Below, in pieces: positions 1 to 10,736 of a stretch of 64,000 bases of DNA. Numbering within the stretch: position 1 is the first letter of the stretch; every line of letters begins with the position of its first letter. A program made the translations under genes and the position numbers. The notes beneath the pieces are model-generated. The model was not told the origin of the DNA and ran no database searches. It saw nothing but the letters and a program-made list of their open reading frames with translations. Source of the stretch: an uncultured Nitrospiraceae bacterium (GTDB taxonomy: Bacteria > Nitrospirota > Nitrospiria > Nitrospirales > Nitrospiraceae); assembly GCA_963706325.1 (NCBI GenBank), contig CAVPLT010000004.1:512001-576000 (forward strand), in the 5' to 3' direction.

Positions 1-1384
1 GCGGCGCCGGCGGAATTCCGACGAGATCGAATTGCCCCAGCAGCTTATTGTCGTTCGCCATTTCACGTTCGCCCTGGAAGACTCGAATTGTGACGGCGGT
101 CTGATTGTCAGCGGCGGTGGAGAACACTTGGCTTTTTTTCGTCGGAATCGTGGTGTTGCGCTCGATCAGTTTCGTGAAGACGCCGCCGAGCGTTTCGATA
201 CCGAGGGACAATGGCGTGACATCCAGCAACAGGACGTCTTTCACTTCGCCTTTCAACACGCCGCCCTGCACGCCGGCTCCGATGGCGACCACTTCATCCG
301 GGTTTACGCCGCGGTGCGGCTCTTTCCCAAAGAATTCTTTCACGACCTGGATGACTTTCGGCATCCGGGTCATACCACCGACCAGCACCACCTCTTGGAT
401 ATCTTTGGCGCTCACACCGGCGTCGGCCAGCGCCTTTCGGCAAGGCTCAATGGTGCGCTGAACAAGGTCATCAACGAGCTGCTCAAGCTTGGAGCGGGTG
501 AGCTTCAGCACCATGTGTTTGGGTCCGCTGGCGTCCGCCGTGATGAAGGGCAGATTGATCTCGCTTTCCTGCGAAGAGGAGAGCTCGATCTTCGCCCGCT
601 CAGCGGCTTCCTTGAGGCGCTGCAACGCCATGCGATCTTTGCGCAGGTCGATCGCCTGATCTTTCTTAAACTCGTCGACCAGCCAATCCATCACTCGTTG
701 ATCGAAGTCATCTCCACCGAGAAAGGTGTCACCATTGGTGGATTTTACTTCGAACACGCCTTCGCCGATCTCAAGAACAGACACGTCGAAGGTACCGCCA
801 CCGAGGTCGTACACGGCGATGCGCTCGTCTTTTTTCTTATCGAGCCCATAGGCGAGCGAGGCCGCTGTTGGCTCGTTGATGATACGAAGTACATTCAGCC
901 CGGCGATCTGCCCGGCATCCTTGGTAGCTTGACGCTGGCTGTCGTCAAAGTAGGCGGGGACCGTAACGACTGCTTCGGTGACTTTTTCGCCGAGATAGTC
1001 TTCGGCCGTCTGCCGCATTTTCTGCAGAATCATCGCCGAAACTTCCGGCGGGCTGTAACGCTTCCCACGCAACTCGACATGCGCGTCGCCATTGTCTGCT
1101 TCCACTACTTTATAGGGAAGCCGTTTCAGGGCTTCCTGCACTTCCTTACTACGGAACTTGCGTCCCATCAGACGTTTGACCGAGAAGATAGTGTTTTCAG
1201 GATTGGTAATGGCTTGCCGTTTGGCAATTTGCCCGACCAAACGTTCGTTCTTGTCGGTGATGCCGACGACAGAGGGAGTCGTACGGCTTCCTTCCGCATT
1301 GGCGATGACGACCGGGTCTCCACCGCTCATGATGGCGACGCAGGAGTTCGTCGTGCCGAGGTCGATTCCGATGACTTTGCCCAT
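1..1384 (-). CDS. dnaK: Chaperone DnaK (Hsp70), 3' part outside the window
   Basis: Minus strand from ATG at 1384 reads [28 protein letters not shown] upstream; directly downstream of grpE. Not in the ORF track because it runs off the window. Confidence 0.97.
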   Translation of the reverse strand, partial: MGKVIGIDLGTTNSCVAIMSGGDPVVIANAEGSRTTPSVVGITDKNERLVGQIAKRQAITNPENTIFSVKRLMGRKFRSKEVQEALKRLPYKVVEADNGDAHVELRGKRYSPPEVSAMILQKMRQTAEDYLGEKVTEAVVTVPAYFDDSQRQATKDAGQIAGLNVLRIINEPTAASLAYGLDKKKDERIAVYDLGGGTFDVSVLEIGEGVFEVKSTNGDTFLGGDDFDQRVMDWLVDEFKKDQAIDLRKDRMALQRLKEAAERAKIELSSSQESEINLPFITADASGPKHMVLKLTRSKLEQLVDDLVQRTIEPCRKALADAGVSAKDIQEVVLVGGMTRMPKVIQVVKEFFGKEPHRGVNPDEVVAIGAGVQGGVLKGEVKDVLLLDVTPLSLGIETLGGVFTKLIERNTTIPTKKSQVFSTAADNQTAVTIRVFQGEREMANDNKLLGQFDLVGIPPAP

Positions 1385-1470
1385 TGGTTGGCTCCTTCGC
1401 AAAAGATATCAGTATGTAAACGTGTCAGCTGTTCTTTTGACGGCTGTCATGTCTGCGCGCTGTTCGGTCC

Positions 1471-2025
1471 CTAATTTGGCGCTCCTGTTGAAACGGTCAC
1501 CATTGCGGCCCTGAGAATGCGGTCTTGAAGGAGGTATCCCTTTTGGTACTCTTCCACGACATGATTCTCGGGCACGGTGTCTGATGGCACCTGAGCCACT
1601 GCCTGCTGCGTGGCCGGGTCAAAGGTTTGCCCCACGCTGTTCACAGCAGTGACCCCAAACTTGGTGAGGGCGCCGATAAGCTGTTTGAGGGTCAATTCCA
1701 CGCCTAGCGTCAGGGCATCGACTGGGACCGCACCCCTGGATGACTTGATGGCCCTTTCCAGATTATCGACCACCGGCAGGAGTTCCTTCAGGATCTGTTC
1801 ATTGCCGAACTTGATTTGCTCCCGTTGGTCTCGCTGCGCCAGCCGTTTGTAATTATCAAATTCCGCAGCGAGCCTCAGGTACTTGTCATTGAGAGCATTG
1901 CATTCATCGGACTTGGCGTCCAGCGCCTGCTGAAGTCCAGAAGCCGCTTCTAGAGGCGCCTCGGCTTGACCGTCTAAACTATGGATACTGTGTGTCTTAT
2001 TGTCGTCTTCATTCATAGTCTGCAC
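1471..2025 (-). CDS. grpE: Nucleotide exchange factor GrpE
   Basis: LRLAAEFDNYKR, LLPVVDNLERA and FDP...KGYLLQDRILRAAMVTV motifs; upstream of dnaK. Confidence 0.97.
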   Translation of the reverse strand: MQTMNEDDNKTHSIHSLDGQAEAPLEAASGLQQALDAKSDECNALNDKYLRLAAEFDNYKRLAQRDQREQIKFGNEQILKELLPVVDNLERAIKSSRGAVPVDALTLGVELTLKQLIGALTKFGVTAVNSVGQTFDPATQQAVAQVPSDTVPENHVVEEYQKGYLLQDRILRAAMVTVSTGAPN

Positions 2026-2040
2026 CTACACTGGGGAATG

Positions 2041-2068
2041 AGATAGCCACGTGGAAACCGAAGTCAAC
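2041..2068 (-). promoter_or_regulatory. Possible promoter for grpE-dnaK (TTGAC...GCTATCT, heat-shock-like)
   Basis: Minus strand GTTGACttcggtttccacgtGGCTATCT just upstream of grpE; no CIRCE palindrome seen. Confidence 0.3.
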
Positions 2069-2152
2069 GGGGATTGAGGAGAATCATCGTTTTTTCCGAT
2101 TGGTCTATGTCTTGGTGAAGGGAGTGATGCGTACGCGGACCGATATCTTAAG

Positions 2153-2917
2153 TCATTGGTTCCGGTGGTACAGGAGCTCCAATCCCTCCAGCGTCAGGAA
2201 TGGGCGCACTTCGCGGATAGATTCCGTTTCCTGGGCGATGATCGAGGCGAGTCCCCCTGTCGCGATGACGGTGGTGGAATGTCCCAATTCTCGTTCCATC
2301 CGGCGGACGATACCGTCGACCAGGCCCACATACCCAAAGAGGAGGCCGCTCTGAATGCCTCCGACCGTATCGACGCCGATCACGGTTTTAGGTCGAATAA
2401 TTTCCACTTTGGGTAATTTTGCCGTACGGGCAAAGAGGGCGTCGGCTGAAATGCCGAGACCAGGAGCGATGACCCCGCCTAGATATTCCGCAGACTTCGT
2501 CACGACGCAAAATGTCGTCGCCGTCCCGAAGTCGACGATGATCAGGTCCGAACGGTAGCGCGCGTAAGCGGCGGCGGCGTTCACAATGCGGTCGCTGCCG
2601 ATTTCTCTCGGGTTGGCATAACGGATGATCAGCCCGGAGTCGCTTTCAGGACCGACGATCACTGGGGTGTGATGAAAATACGTCTGAACCATTGATTCAA
2701 ACGTCGCAGTCAGCGCGGGCACCACGCTGGAGAAGATACAGCCGGTAATCTGGTCCGGTGTGAATCCAGCGTGCTGAAGCAAATTCAGCAACAGGATACC
2801 GTATTCATTGTCGGTACGCCGGGATTCAGTGGCGAGACGCCAATGACCGCGCAAGATGGAGCCTTCGAAGAGACCCCACACTATGTTGGTATTCCCGATG
2901 TCGATCGCAAGGAGCAT
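2153..2917 (-). CDS. coaX: Type III pantothenate kinase
   Basis: LLAIDIGNTN, IGSDR, IIVDFGTATT, GGVIAPG and VIATGG motifs. Confidence 0.96.
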   Translation of the reverse strand: MLLAIDIGNTNIVWGLFEGSILRGHWRLATESRRTDNEYGILLLNLLQHAGFTPDQITGCIFSSVVPALTATFESMVQTYFHHTPVIVGPESDSGLIIRYANPREIGSDRIVNAAAAYARYRSDLIIVDFGTATTFCVVTKSAEYLGGVIAPGLGISADALFARTAKLPKVEIIRPKTVIGVDTVGGIQSGLLFGYVGLVDGIVRRMERELGHSTTVIATGGLASIIAQETESIREVRPFLTLEGLELLYHRNQ

Positions 2918-2948
2918 CGTGTCACCTTATCGCAAACGGGTGCGGAAT

Positions 2949-3827
2949 TCACCTTCGCACATGGACTACTTCCGCGCTTCTGATTTCGAGAAGCGAACCA
3001 GCTAGAGCAGCGTCGGTATCGGACACCACACGGAGACAGAGACAGCCATCCGGGCCGATCGATTCGGCGATGCCCTGAACCACGCCCTGTTCTTCCAACG
3101 TCACACGGACCCTGTGGCCGAGTGTTGAGCAACATTGTGTAAATTCGTCGATCATTCCGGTGGGGCCGTCGAGCAAAAGACGATCCAATCGTTGTTCAAG
3201 CCGGAAGTAGAGGTCGGCAAGAATCGCCACACGGTCGAAGGACCGGCCACCTTCCGCCGCCAGCGAAGTCGCGCCCGTTCTGAGCTCATCAGGGAAACCG
3301 TCGAGAGTGGCATTGATGTTCAGCCCTATGCCAACGACGATGGCCATGGTCTTGTTAGGGATGGAAGTTTGTTCGCAGAGGATCCCGCCGAGCTTCCTCT
3401 CTCCAATCAGGAGATCGTTCGGCCATTTCACGGAGACGGAGAGACCTGTGTGGCTCGACAGGCACTCGGCCACCGCCAGTGCCGAGAACAGCGGGACCCA
3501 AGAGAGCCATGGACCGGGTTGGGTGGTGCCCGGATTCGGGATTACGATCACTGAGCTATAGATGTTGCCGAGAGCGGGTGAGTGCCACGTCCGTCCGCGC
3601 CGTCCTCGTCCCGCCGTTTGGCATTCAGCGAGTATGGCCATTCCATTCAGGCTTGCTGGTTCAGGGTGTTGTTGCAGGAATGCCAATGCATCGGCATTGG
3701 TCGACGCCGTTGACGAGGTGTAGCGCAGCATTTTTCCAAAGGAATGAGTGCGCAGGATGCTTTTAAGACGGTCGAGCTTAAGCTGGTCGGCGGCTGACGC
3801 GACAGGATTGTTAGCGGGTTCGCCCAC
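2949..3827 (-). CDS. birA: Biotin--[acetyl-CoA-carboxylase] ligase
   Basis: STN, QTAGRGRRGRTWHSP, KWPNDLL and KLGGILCE motifs. Confidence 0.95.
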   Translation of the reverse strand: MGEPANNPVASAADQLKLDRLKSILRTHSFGKMLRYTSSTASTNADALAFLQQHPEPASLNGMAILAECQTAGRGRRGRTWHSPALGNIYSSVIVIPNPGTTQPGPWLSWVPLFSALAVAECLSSHTGLSVSVKWPNDLLIGERKLGGILCEQTSIPNKTMAIVVGIGLNINATLDGFPDELRTGATSLAAEGGRSFDRVAILADLYFRLEQRLDRLLLDGPTGMIDEFTQCCSTLGHRVRVTLEEQGVVQGIAESIGPDGCLCLRVVSDTDAALAGSLLEIRSAEVVHVRR

Positions 3828-4692
3828 GGTTGCCTCGTTGCGCAGACAGGTCCAAGCTCAGGTTGGCGGCGGGAGCAGAATGTGTGAGAGCCCCGACTGA
3901 AATAAAATCAGCACCGGTCTGGGCCATCTCTTTGACGGTCTGCAGCGTCATTCCACCCGAGACTTCGACCAGCGCCCGCTTCTTGATGAGAACGACGGCC
4001 TTTCGCACGAGAGCAGGGGACATGTTGTCGAGCAGGATGATATCGGCTTCGCCTGCCAGCGCTTTCTTCACTTCCTGTAACGTCTTAGCTTCCACCTCGA
4101 TGCGCATCCCGTGCGGTGCCGTGGCTCGAGCCCGACGGCAGGCCGCCGCCACATCGATACCAGACAATCCCAATACGGCAAGATGATTGTCCTTGATCAG
4201 CACGCCGTCGCCGAGTGAAAAGCGATGGTTTTTGCCGCCGCCCAGATGCACGGCCCATTTTTCGAGCACCCGCAGTCCCGGCGTGGTCTTGCGCGTATCG
4301 AGAATCTTTGTCGAATAGCCGCGTACAGCGAGGCAAAATTGCGCGGTGAGCGTGGCGATGCCGGAGAGCCGCTGGAGGAAATTCACGGCGACCCGTTCTG
4401 CCATCAGCAGTGATCGCACATCCCCCTGTACGGTGATGACCGAAGTCTCCGCAGGAACGGTGAGCCCATCCTGAATGCACTTGGTGATGCGTAACGACGG
4501 GTTTACGGTTAAAAAGACTTCTCGCGCGACGGCTATTCCGGCCACAGTCATGCGATGATGGGCGACGATCGTGGCCCGCGCCTGAATGGCGCGGGGGAAT
4601 AGGGTGGCCGTCGTGACATCGCCGTGGGCCAGGTCTTCGTCGAGCGCGAGTTGAACCGCGTTCCGAATGGTTTGAACGTTAGGAGCGTTCAA
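3811..4692 (-). CDS. nadC: Nicotinate-nucleotide diphosphorylase (carboxylating)
   Basis: DTRKTTPG, NHRFSL, LIKDNH, IEVE, ILLDNM and ISVGALTHS motifs. Confidence 0.97.
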   Translation of the reverse strand: MNAPNVQTIRNAVQLALDEDLAHGDVTTATLFPRAIQARATIVAHHRMTVAGIAVAREVFLTVNPSLRITKCIQDGLTVPAETSVITVQGDVRSLLMAERVAVNFLQRLSGIATLTAQFCLAVRGYSTKILDTRKTTPGLRVLEKWAVHLGGGKNHRFSLGDGVLIKDNHLAVLGLSGIDVAAACRRARATAPHGMRIEVEAKTLQEVKKALAGEADIILLDNMSPALVRKAVVLIKKRALVEVSGGMTLQTVKEMAQTGADFISVGALTHSAPAANLSLDLSAQRGNRGRTR

Positions 4693-7441
4693 TGCGTTTT
4701 CGCTCCAGGACGTAAAGCTCTATCTGGTCTAGCGCCTGCTGGAAGAGTCGAATCATTTGAGATTCGCGGTTGAGACGTTCGTGGTGTTCGTTCCGCACAT
4801 CGGGCGGCGCCTTGGCGATAAACTCGGGATTGCCAAGTTTCTTCTCGGTGCGGTCGACTTCCTTCCGAAGTAGTTCAATCTGCTTGCGAACGTTGCTTTC
4901 GGCCTTTTGCAGATCTGCGTCCTCCATCGAAGTTCGCACTTGCACGGAGGTGCCCGTTAAGATCAAAAGGCCGCCTGGGTTACTGACTTCGAAAGTCCCT
5001 GCTACCTGGAGGCCGTCAACGTTCTCCATGTACTCAATCAGTTCGTTATGCTCCTTAAGGGCTGAACCAATTTCACTCGTTTTCCCGTGCGCTTTGAAAT
5101 GTAAGCGTTTGCCCGCGGGATAATTCAGGATCGCGCGCTCCTGATTCATGAGTTCGCGGCATTCTTCGAGCAAAGCGAATTCCTGTTCCGCTTCTTTGTC
5201 ATTCCAGTCTGCCCGGGCGGTCGGATAGGGCTTCCGAACAATGCTGTCTCCTTCGTGGGGCAGGGTTTGCCAGATCTCCTCCGTGATGAACGGCATGAAT
5301 GGATGGAGGAGGCGCATCATGGTCTCAAACGTTTCGGCCAGCGTCTGCCTGGTACTGTTCGCCTGCGTGGACGCCAGGTCTTTGAGCGTAGGCTTGATCA
5401 TCTCAATGTACTTGTCACAGTACTCATGCCAGATGAATTGGTAGAGCGCGCTTGAGGCGCGATCAAATCGATACTGCTCCAATTCCTGGTTGACCGCGCG
5501 AATCGTGGCGTTCAGACGGCTGAGAATCCAGCGGTCAGGAAAGGACCGCTGAGCAGGCGGGACTTCGGCCCGCTCGCCGTCCAGATGCATAAGAAGGAAA
5601 CGGGCCGCATTCCAGATCTTGTTGGTGAAATTACGATAGCCCTCGATGCGTTCTTCCGCCAGCTTGACGTCGCGACCTGGGGACGCCATCGCCGCCATGG
5701 TGAACCGCAGCGCGTCGGTTCCATACTGCTCCATGACATGCAAGGGATCGATGACGTTGCCCTTGGACTTACTCATCTTCTGGCCTTCGGCATCGCGGAC
5801 CAACGCATGGATATACACGTCGCGGAACGGCACCTCGCCCATAAATTTCAGGCCCATCATGATCATGCGGGCGACCCAGAAAAAGAGAATGTCGAGCCCG
5901 GTTACCAAGGCTGAAGTGGGATAGTAGGTTTTCAGTTCCGCGGTCTGCTGCGGCCATCCCAACGTCGAGAAGGGCCAGAGTGCGGAGGAGAACCAGGTAT
6001 CCAGCACATCGGGATCTTGCACCAGCGCATCCGCATGCCCCTTGGCACAGGTAGCGGGTTTGGTTTTGGCGACAATCACGGTCGCGTCGGACGGAATGAG
6101 TGGCGCTCCATCGGAGGATCGACGCAGAAATGCATTTCCATAACAGGTCTCGCAATACCAGGCCGGGATCTGATGGCCCCACCAGATTTGCCTCGAAACG
6201 CACCAGTCCTTGATGTCTCGCATCCAACCGAGATAGTTGTTCTTCCAGGCATCGGGAATGATCCTGACCCGACCATCTTCAACGGCTTGTATCGCAGGTT
6301 CGGCGAGCGGCTTGATTTTGACGAACCACTGGTCCGATAGCAGCGGTTCCACCACCGTTTTACAGCGATAGCATTTTCCGAGGGCCATCTTGTGAGGCTC
6401 GGCTTTCTCAAGCAGGCCTCGTTCGGTCAGCAATTGTTCGATCTTGGGCCTCGCTTTAGCGACGGGAAGCCCTTCGACTATCTGAACGACATTCGATTCT
6501 GCCAACGCACCTTCCAAATGTAGGTTAGCGTGGATATCCATGATCCTGATGCGGGGCAGTGCGTGCCTCTCACCCGCTTCAAAGTCATTGAAGTCATGGG
6601 CCGGCGTGATCTTGACTGCTCCGGTGCCGAACTCGCGATCCACGAGGATCGAATCACCTACGACGGGGATTGCGCGTGTGGTCAGCGGAACCCGGACTCG
6701 TTTACCGATGAGATAGCGATAGCGCTCGTCTTCAGGATGCACGGCCACCGCCGTGTCTCCGAACATGGTCTCGGGGCGGGTGGTGGCGACCAAGAGGAAT
6801 TGCGACGGATCGTCAGCGAGGACATAACGAATCGTGTAGAGTTTTCCGGTGATCTCTTCGTGCTCGACCTCGATGTCTGACAGCGCGGTCAGGCAACGCG
6901 GACACCAATTGATCAGCCGTTCACCGCGATACAGGAGACCGTCCTCGTGCAGTCTGACGAACACTTCTCGGACCGCTTCGGAGAGCCCTTCGTCCATCGT
7001 AAATCGCTGGCGCTCCCAATCGCATGAGGCGCCAAGCCGTTTCAGCTGGGAAATGATGGTCCCGCCGGACTTCTCTTTCCATTGCCATACTCGCTGGATG
7101 AATGCGTCCCGTCCGAGCGTCTCCCGCGAGGCGCCTTCCGCTTGCAGTTGCCGTTCGACTACATTTTGGGTGGCAATGCCAGCATGGTCCATGCCGGGCA
7201 TCCAGAGCGTATTTCGTCCTTGCATACGCCGCCAGCGGATCAAAATATCCTGCAGGGTGTTATTCAGCGCATGGCCCACATGGAGCGAACCCGTCACGTT
7301 CGGAGGTGGGATCACGATGGAATAGGGTTGCCCGGAGTCGGTCGGGTTGGCGTGAAACAACCCGGCGTCGACCCAGCGCTGATACCAGCGATCTTCGACG
7401 TCGTGCGGGCTATAGGTCTTGTCGAGTTGTGGCGTGAGCAT
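4679..7441 (-). CDS. valS: Valine--tRNA ligase
   Basis: PPPNVTGSLHVGH, DWCVSRQIWWGH, KMSKS motifs and C-terminal coiled coil. Confidence 0.98.
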   Translation of the reverse strand: MLTPQLDKTYSPHDVEDRWYQRWVDAGLFHANPTDSGQPYSIVIPPPNVTGSLHVGHALNNTLQDILIRWRRMQGRNTLWMPGMDHAGIATQNVVERQLQAEGASRETLGRDAFIQRVWQWKEKSGGTIISQLKRLGASCDWERQRFTMDEGLSEAVREVFVRLHEDGLLYRGERLINWCPRCLTALSDIEVEHEEITGKLYTIRYVLADDPSQFLLVATTRPETMFGDTAVAVHPEDERYRYLIGKRVRVPLTTRAIPVVGDSILVDREFGTGAVKITPAHDFNDFEAGERHALPRIRIMDIHANLHLEGALAESNVVQIVEGLPVAKARPKIEQLLTERGLLEKAEPHKMALGKCYRCKTVVEPLLSDQWFVKIKPLAEPAIQAVEDGRVRIIPDAWKNNYLGWMRDIKDWCVSRQIWWGHQIPAWYCETCYGNAFLRRSSDGAPLIPSDATVIVAKTKPATCAKGHADALVQDPDVLDTWFSSALWPFSTLGWPQQTAELKTYYPTSALVTGLDILFFWVARMIMMGLKFMGEVPFRDVYIHALVRDAEGQKMSKSKGNVIDPLHVMEQYGTDALRFTMAAMASPGRDVKLAEERIEGYRNFTNKIWNAARFLLMHLDGERAEVPPAQRSFPDRWILSRLNATIRAVNQELEQYRFDRASSALYQFIWHEYCDKYIEMIKPTLKDLASTQANSTRQTLAETFETMMRLLHPFMPFITEEIWQTLPHEGDSIVRKPYPTARADWNDKEAEQEFALLEECRELMNQERAILNYPAGKRLHFKAHGKTSEIGSALKEHNELIEYMENVDGLQVAGTFEVSNPGGLLILTGTSVQVRTSMEDADLQKAESNVRKQIELLRKEVDRTEKKLGNPEFIAKAPPDVRNEHHERLNRESQMIRLFQQALDQIELYVLERKRIERS

Positions 7442-7449
7442 AGTATTGG

Positions 7450-7574
7450 CAGGATGCTGAAAAAGCCCGCCAGCGTCGTTCTCGCGTCGCTCTGAAGCTT
7501 CTACGTACAGAATGGAGTACGTGTCGCATCCTCGCTAGCTGTGGCCTTGCTGGACGGCCATTTTGAGCATCCTG
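7450..7574 (+). repeat. MITE-like inverted-repeat element, short form
   Basis: Ends CAGGATGCTGAAAAAG ... CATTTTGAGCATCCTG; internal blocks shared with 59851-60086 and 33053-33219. Confidence 0.85.
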
Positions 7575-7790
7575 TGGGAATGTTTTTCCGTGGTTCCAAA
7601 GGTTTCAACGCGTCCAAGCGCGTCGCGGGCGCATCTTAACATGCGCCGTGGGGGCTCACAAGATAACGGCGAGTCGCCCGTTCTGGTTCAAAAGGTTGTG
7701 GCGGACTGAAGCCCTGTGATATACATCCGACGATTCAGTACGTTGGATTCATATCGCCAGCCTAATCCCATAACCGTTGAAGGAGAGACT

Positions 7791-7910
7791 ATGCCCAGGG
7801 GACGAGAGAAGGATCGCAAGACTCGCAAGAAGCATCGGAAGAACGTGGCGCGTGTGAAGGGGTTGGCTAAGACTCGTCGAGCGGCGGCAAAAAAAGTGAA
7901 GCGAGGGTAG
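7791..7910 (+). CDS. Small Lys/Arg-rich protein (39 aa)
   Basis: AAGGAG RBS then ATG; MPRGREKDRKTRKKHRKNVARVKGLAKTRRAAAKKVKRG. Confidence 0.7.
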   Translation: MPRGREKDRKTRKKHRKNVARVKGLAKTRRAAAKKVKRG

Positions 7911-7922
7911 GGAAGGGAGATA

Positions 7923-9098
7923 TTAGCCGGCGGTGCTCAATCGTTTGATCTCTGCCCGCACCTGGGTGTCTATTACTTCCGGAACGATCCGCTGAACTGC
8001 CTGCTGGATTTGGTCCTTCGCCATTTGGTGGACAATTTCATCCGCCGCCTGCCGCGCGCAGTTCCCGGCGACTCGCTCAACTTCTTTCTTGACCAGCTGG
8101 TCGATCATGTCCAGATGGGTTTGCAGTGCCTCAGGCAGGTGTGTTTGTACTCCGGCCTCCGCAAGGTCACCCAGTTGTTTTTCCACCGACTGTTCAAGGA
8201 TTGCAGGGGCCAGGTCAGAGACGGCTTGGCGGACTGCGGTTTCGACGCCGGCAAGATGGGCCTGGGATTGACGTCGCAATTCCTCTTGAATGAGATCCCG
8301 CATAGCAGTCTGGAGACGTTCCGGAGCAAGCGCTTCGGTGAGCTGTTTGGCCACTTCTGTCCGCACTGCCGTTTGCACGGCATTGCCCACTTGCCCCGCC
8401 ACTTCCCTGCTAATCGCCGACGGCAGCAGATCTGTTATCTTCCGGTCGGCTTGCAGGACGACCGATTGCAGTAAATGATCGAAGAGTCCCTTCATGAGTG
8501 CGTCGCCGGCCGTCATAGTTGACGCGGCAGAGGAAGGGGACGGATTAGCAGTGTGAGAGGGTGATGGGGACATGGCAGTCGGTTCCTTCTCCGTCTTGTC
8601 GTAGGGGGCATCATCGACGGACCCTTTCGGCGTCGACTCGTCATCCTCATCATTGGTTTCCGTGAAAATGGGTGGCCATGTGCGCGGCTTCGCAGGTTTT
8701 GCGGCGCTCTTTTTTCCCGCGACGTCGTTCAGTATGCCGTTAATTGTATCGAGAAGTTGCTCACGCTGGAACGGTTTCGTAAGAAAAGCGCGGACACCAA
8801 GGGCGCGCAGCTTGCTTTCATCCAGCTTGTCGGATGGGTCTACGAGAGAGATGACCAGCGTTTCCGCCAAATTATCCAGTTTGCTGATCTCCTTGCAGAA
8901 TCCCGAGAAGGTCATGTTCTCAAGGTGAAAGTCGGCGAGTATGAGCGACGGACTGATTTGGCGGGCCGCCTCCAGGGCTTTCGGTCCATCCTGAAACCCG
9001 ATGACCTCATAACCCTCGCGGATAGAAATTTCTTCCACCATGCGACGGACGGCAGGACTGCTGTCGACCACAAAGATACTAGCACCCATCTCGTTCAC
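7923..9098 (-). CDS. Response regulator with receiver domain, acidic/Pro linker and helical C-terminus (RomR-like)
   Basis: N-terminal receiver (FVVDSS, ILADF, FLTKPF); low-complexity linker; C-terminal VQRIVPEVIDTQVRAEIKRL; upstream of valS. Start may be 9089. Confidence 0.75.
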   Translation of the reverse strand: MNEMGASIFVVDSSPAVRRMVEEISIREGYEVIGFQDGPKALEAARQISPSLILADFHLENMTFSGFCKEISKLDNLAETLVISLVDPSDKLDESKLRALGVRAFLTKPFQREQLLDTINGILNDVAGKKSAAKPAKPRTWPPIFTETNDEDDESTPKGSVDDAPYDKTEKEPTAMSPSPSHTANPSPSSAASTMTAGDALMKGLFDHLLQSVVLQADRKITDLLPSAISREVAGQVGNAVQTAVRTEVAKQLTEALAPERLQTAMRDLIQEELRRQSQAHLAGVETAVRQAVSDLAPAILEQSVEKQLGDLAEAGVQTHLPEALQTHLDMIDQLVKKEVERVAGNCARQAADEIVHQMAKDQIQQAVQRIVPEVIDTQVRAEIKRLSTAG

Positions 9099-9293
9099 CC
9101 CAGTTCATGGCTAGTGCGACGCTAGCAAAGGCCTGGAAAACTGTCAAAGAAAACGCTGAAACCAGCCGGGTGTGCGGTGCTGGATGGTCGGATGCAAAAC
9201 TGGTAGTTGGTTTTACCGTCCTGCTAGAATCCGGCCAGCACACGAACCGTGGGGCTAATCGCTGAGCCGGATTCTAAGGAGCTACAGATCACG

Positions 9294-10019
9294 ATGACCC
9301 AGAGTCGCATTCAAGTGGTGTTCTTTGATGCCGCCGACACGCTGTTCCACATTCACGGGTCCGTTGCGGACATCTACCTGCAGTACGCTGAAAAACATGG
9401 GTTCAAGAAGACCGGTGAGTCGTTGGGAGCCATTAAGGTGGCTTTTGGACGAGCCTTTCGCGATGCTCCCCCCCCGGTGTTTGCCGCGACGGAGCCGATG
9501 GCGATCAAACAATCGGAGCGTTTGTGGTGGTTCGACATCGTGCACAATGTGTTTTATCGCGTTGGGATGTTCGGAGGTTTTGATGAGTTTTTCGAAGAGG
9601 TCTTTGCCGTATTTGAACGACCGGATTCGTGGCGCCTCTTTCCGGAGACGCGAGATGTACTGGCGACGTTAAAAGCGCAAGGATTCGAACTGGGCATCAT
9701 CTCAAACTTCGACTCGCGATTGTTTTCCGTCTTGCGCGGGTTGGGAATTGCCGATCTCTTCGATACCATCACCATTTCGAGTCTGGCCCACGCCGCCAAA
9801 CCCTCTGCGCGCATCTTTCAGCAGGCCTTGGACAAACATGCGGTCGACCCGGCCGATGCCCTTCATGTGGGCGACAGTCAGCGGGACGATGTGAAGGGCG
9901 CCCAGGGCGTCGGACTGACAGGGGTGCTGTTGGCGCGTGCAGGACCGGCGCATCCGTCGAACGGATTTACGATCACCAATCTCGACGACCTTCTGCCGCT
10001 TCTCTCACGTCTCCAGTAG
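9294..10019 (+). CDS. HAD-superfamily hydrolase (IA, REG-2-like)
   Basis: FFDAADTL, ISNFD, AKP and HVGDS..DD motifs; AAGGAG upstream. Confidence 0.9.
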   Translation: MTQSRIQVVFFDAADTLFHIHGSVADIYLQYAEKHGFKKTGESLGAIKVAFGRAFRDAPPPVFAATEPMAIKQSERLWWFDIVHNVFYRVGMFGGFDEFFEEVFAVFERPDSWRLFPETRDVLATLKAQGFELGIISNFDSRLFSVLRGLGIADLFDTITISSLAHAAKPSARIFQQALDKHAVDPADALHVGDSQRDDVKGAQGVGLTGVLLARAGPAHPSNGFTITNLDDLLPLLSRLQ

Positions 10020-10736
10020 GAGGGGGACAAGGTCTTTTGCGCGGCCCCGAAGCGCTGCATCGACTAAACCGGTGTGGGACGTGGGATCCAGATTGATCTC
10101 CACGACGAAAGCGCCGGCCTGTTTGGCAATCGAGGCGAAGCCCGCCGCCGGATACACCAGCCCAGAAGTGCCGATGATCAGGCAGAGGTCGCTGGACTGC
10201 AAAGCGGTGTAACTCCTCTGAAGGTCTTCCTCGGCGAGTGATTCTCCAAACCAGACGATGTGTGGGCGGAGTAGCCCGCCGCAGATGACGCACAGGGGCG
10301 GAATTGCGATCGGCACGTCACGATTTTCCTTCACGCTGCGGCACTGAGTGCAGCGAACCATCCAGATGTTGCCGTGAATCTCGGACAATTTACGTGAGCC
10401 GGCGTCGCGATGCAGTCCATCCACATTCTGCGTGATCAACCAAAACTGTTCGAACTGCCGCTCCATCTTCGCCACGGCATCATGGGCTGGGTTGGGTCGT
10501 TTGGTGGCGATGAGTTCGCGCCGCCAGTTATACCACTCCCACACGAGCCGGGGATCACGCTCAAAGGCCTCTGGTGTGGCCAGGTCTTCCGCGCGAAAAT
10601 TCTGCCAGAGTCCGTCGGTCCCGCGGAATGTCGGCACGCCGCTGTCGGCAGAAATACCGGCGCCTGTGAGCACGGCCACAGATCTTGCCGAGGAGAGTTT
10701 GCGTTGAATCAGGCTGAGGGTTGATCCGGTTCCCAT
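10005..10736 (-). CDS. cobB: NAD-dependent protein deacylase (sirtuin)
   Basis: LTGAGISADSGVPTFRG, TQNVDGLH, HG, CxxC...CxxC, RPHIVWFGE and GTSG.VYPA motifs; real start near 10736. Confidence 0.93.
   Translation of the reverse strand: MGTGSTLSLIQRKLSSARSVAVLTGAGISADSGVPTFRGTDGLWQNFRAEDLATPEAFERDPRLVWEWYNWRRELIATKRPNPAHDAVAKMERQFEQFWLITQNVDGLHRDAGSRKLSEIHGNIWMVRCTQCRSVKENRDVPIAIPPLCVICGGLLRPHIVWFGESLAEEDLQRSYTALQSSDLCLIIGTSGLVYPAAGFASIAKQAGAFVVEINLDPTSHTGLVDAALRGRAKDLVPLLLET

Noticed and set aside
32..1474. 480-aa plus-strand ORF
   Set aside because: Antisense shadow of dnaK, a well-known spurious ORF opposite hsp70 genes.
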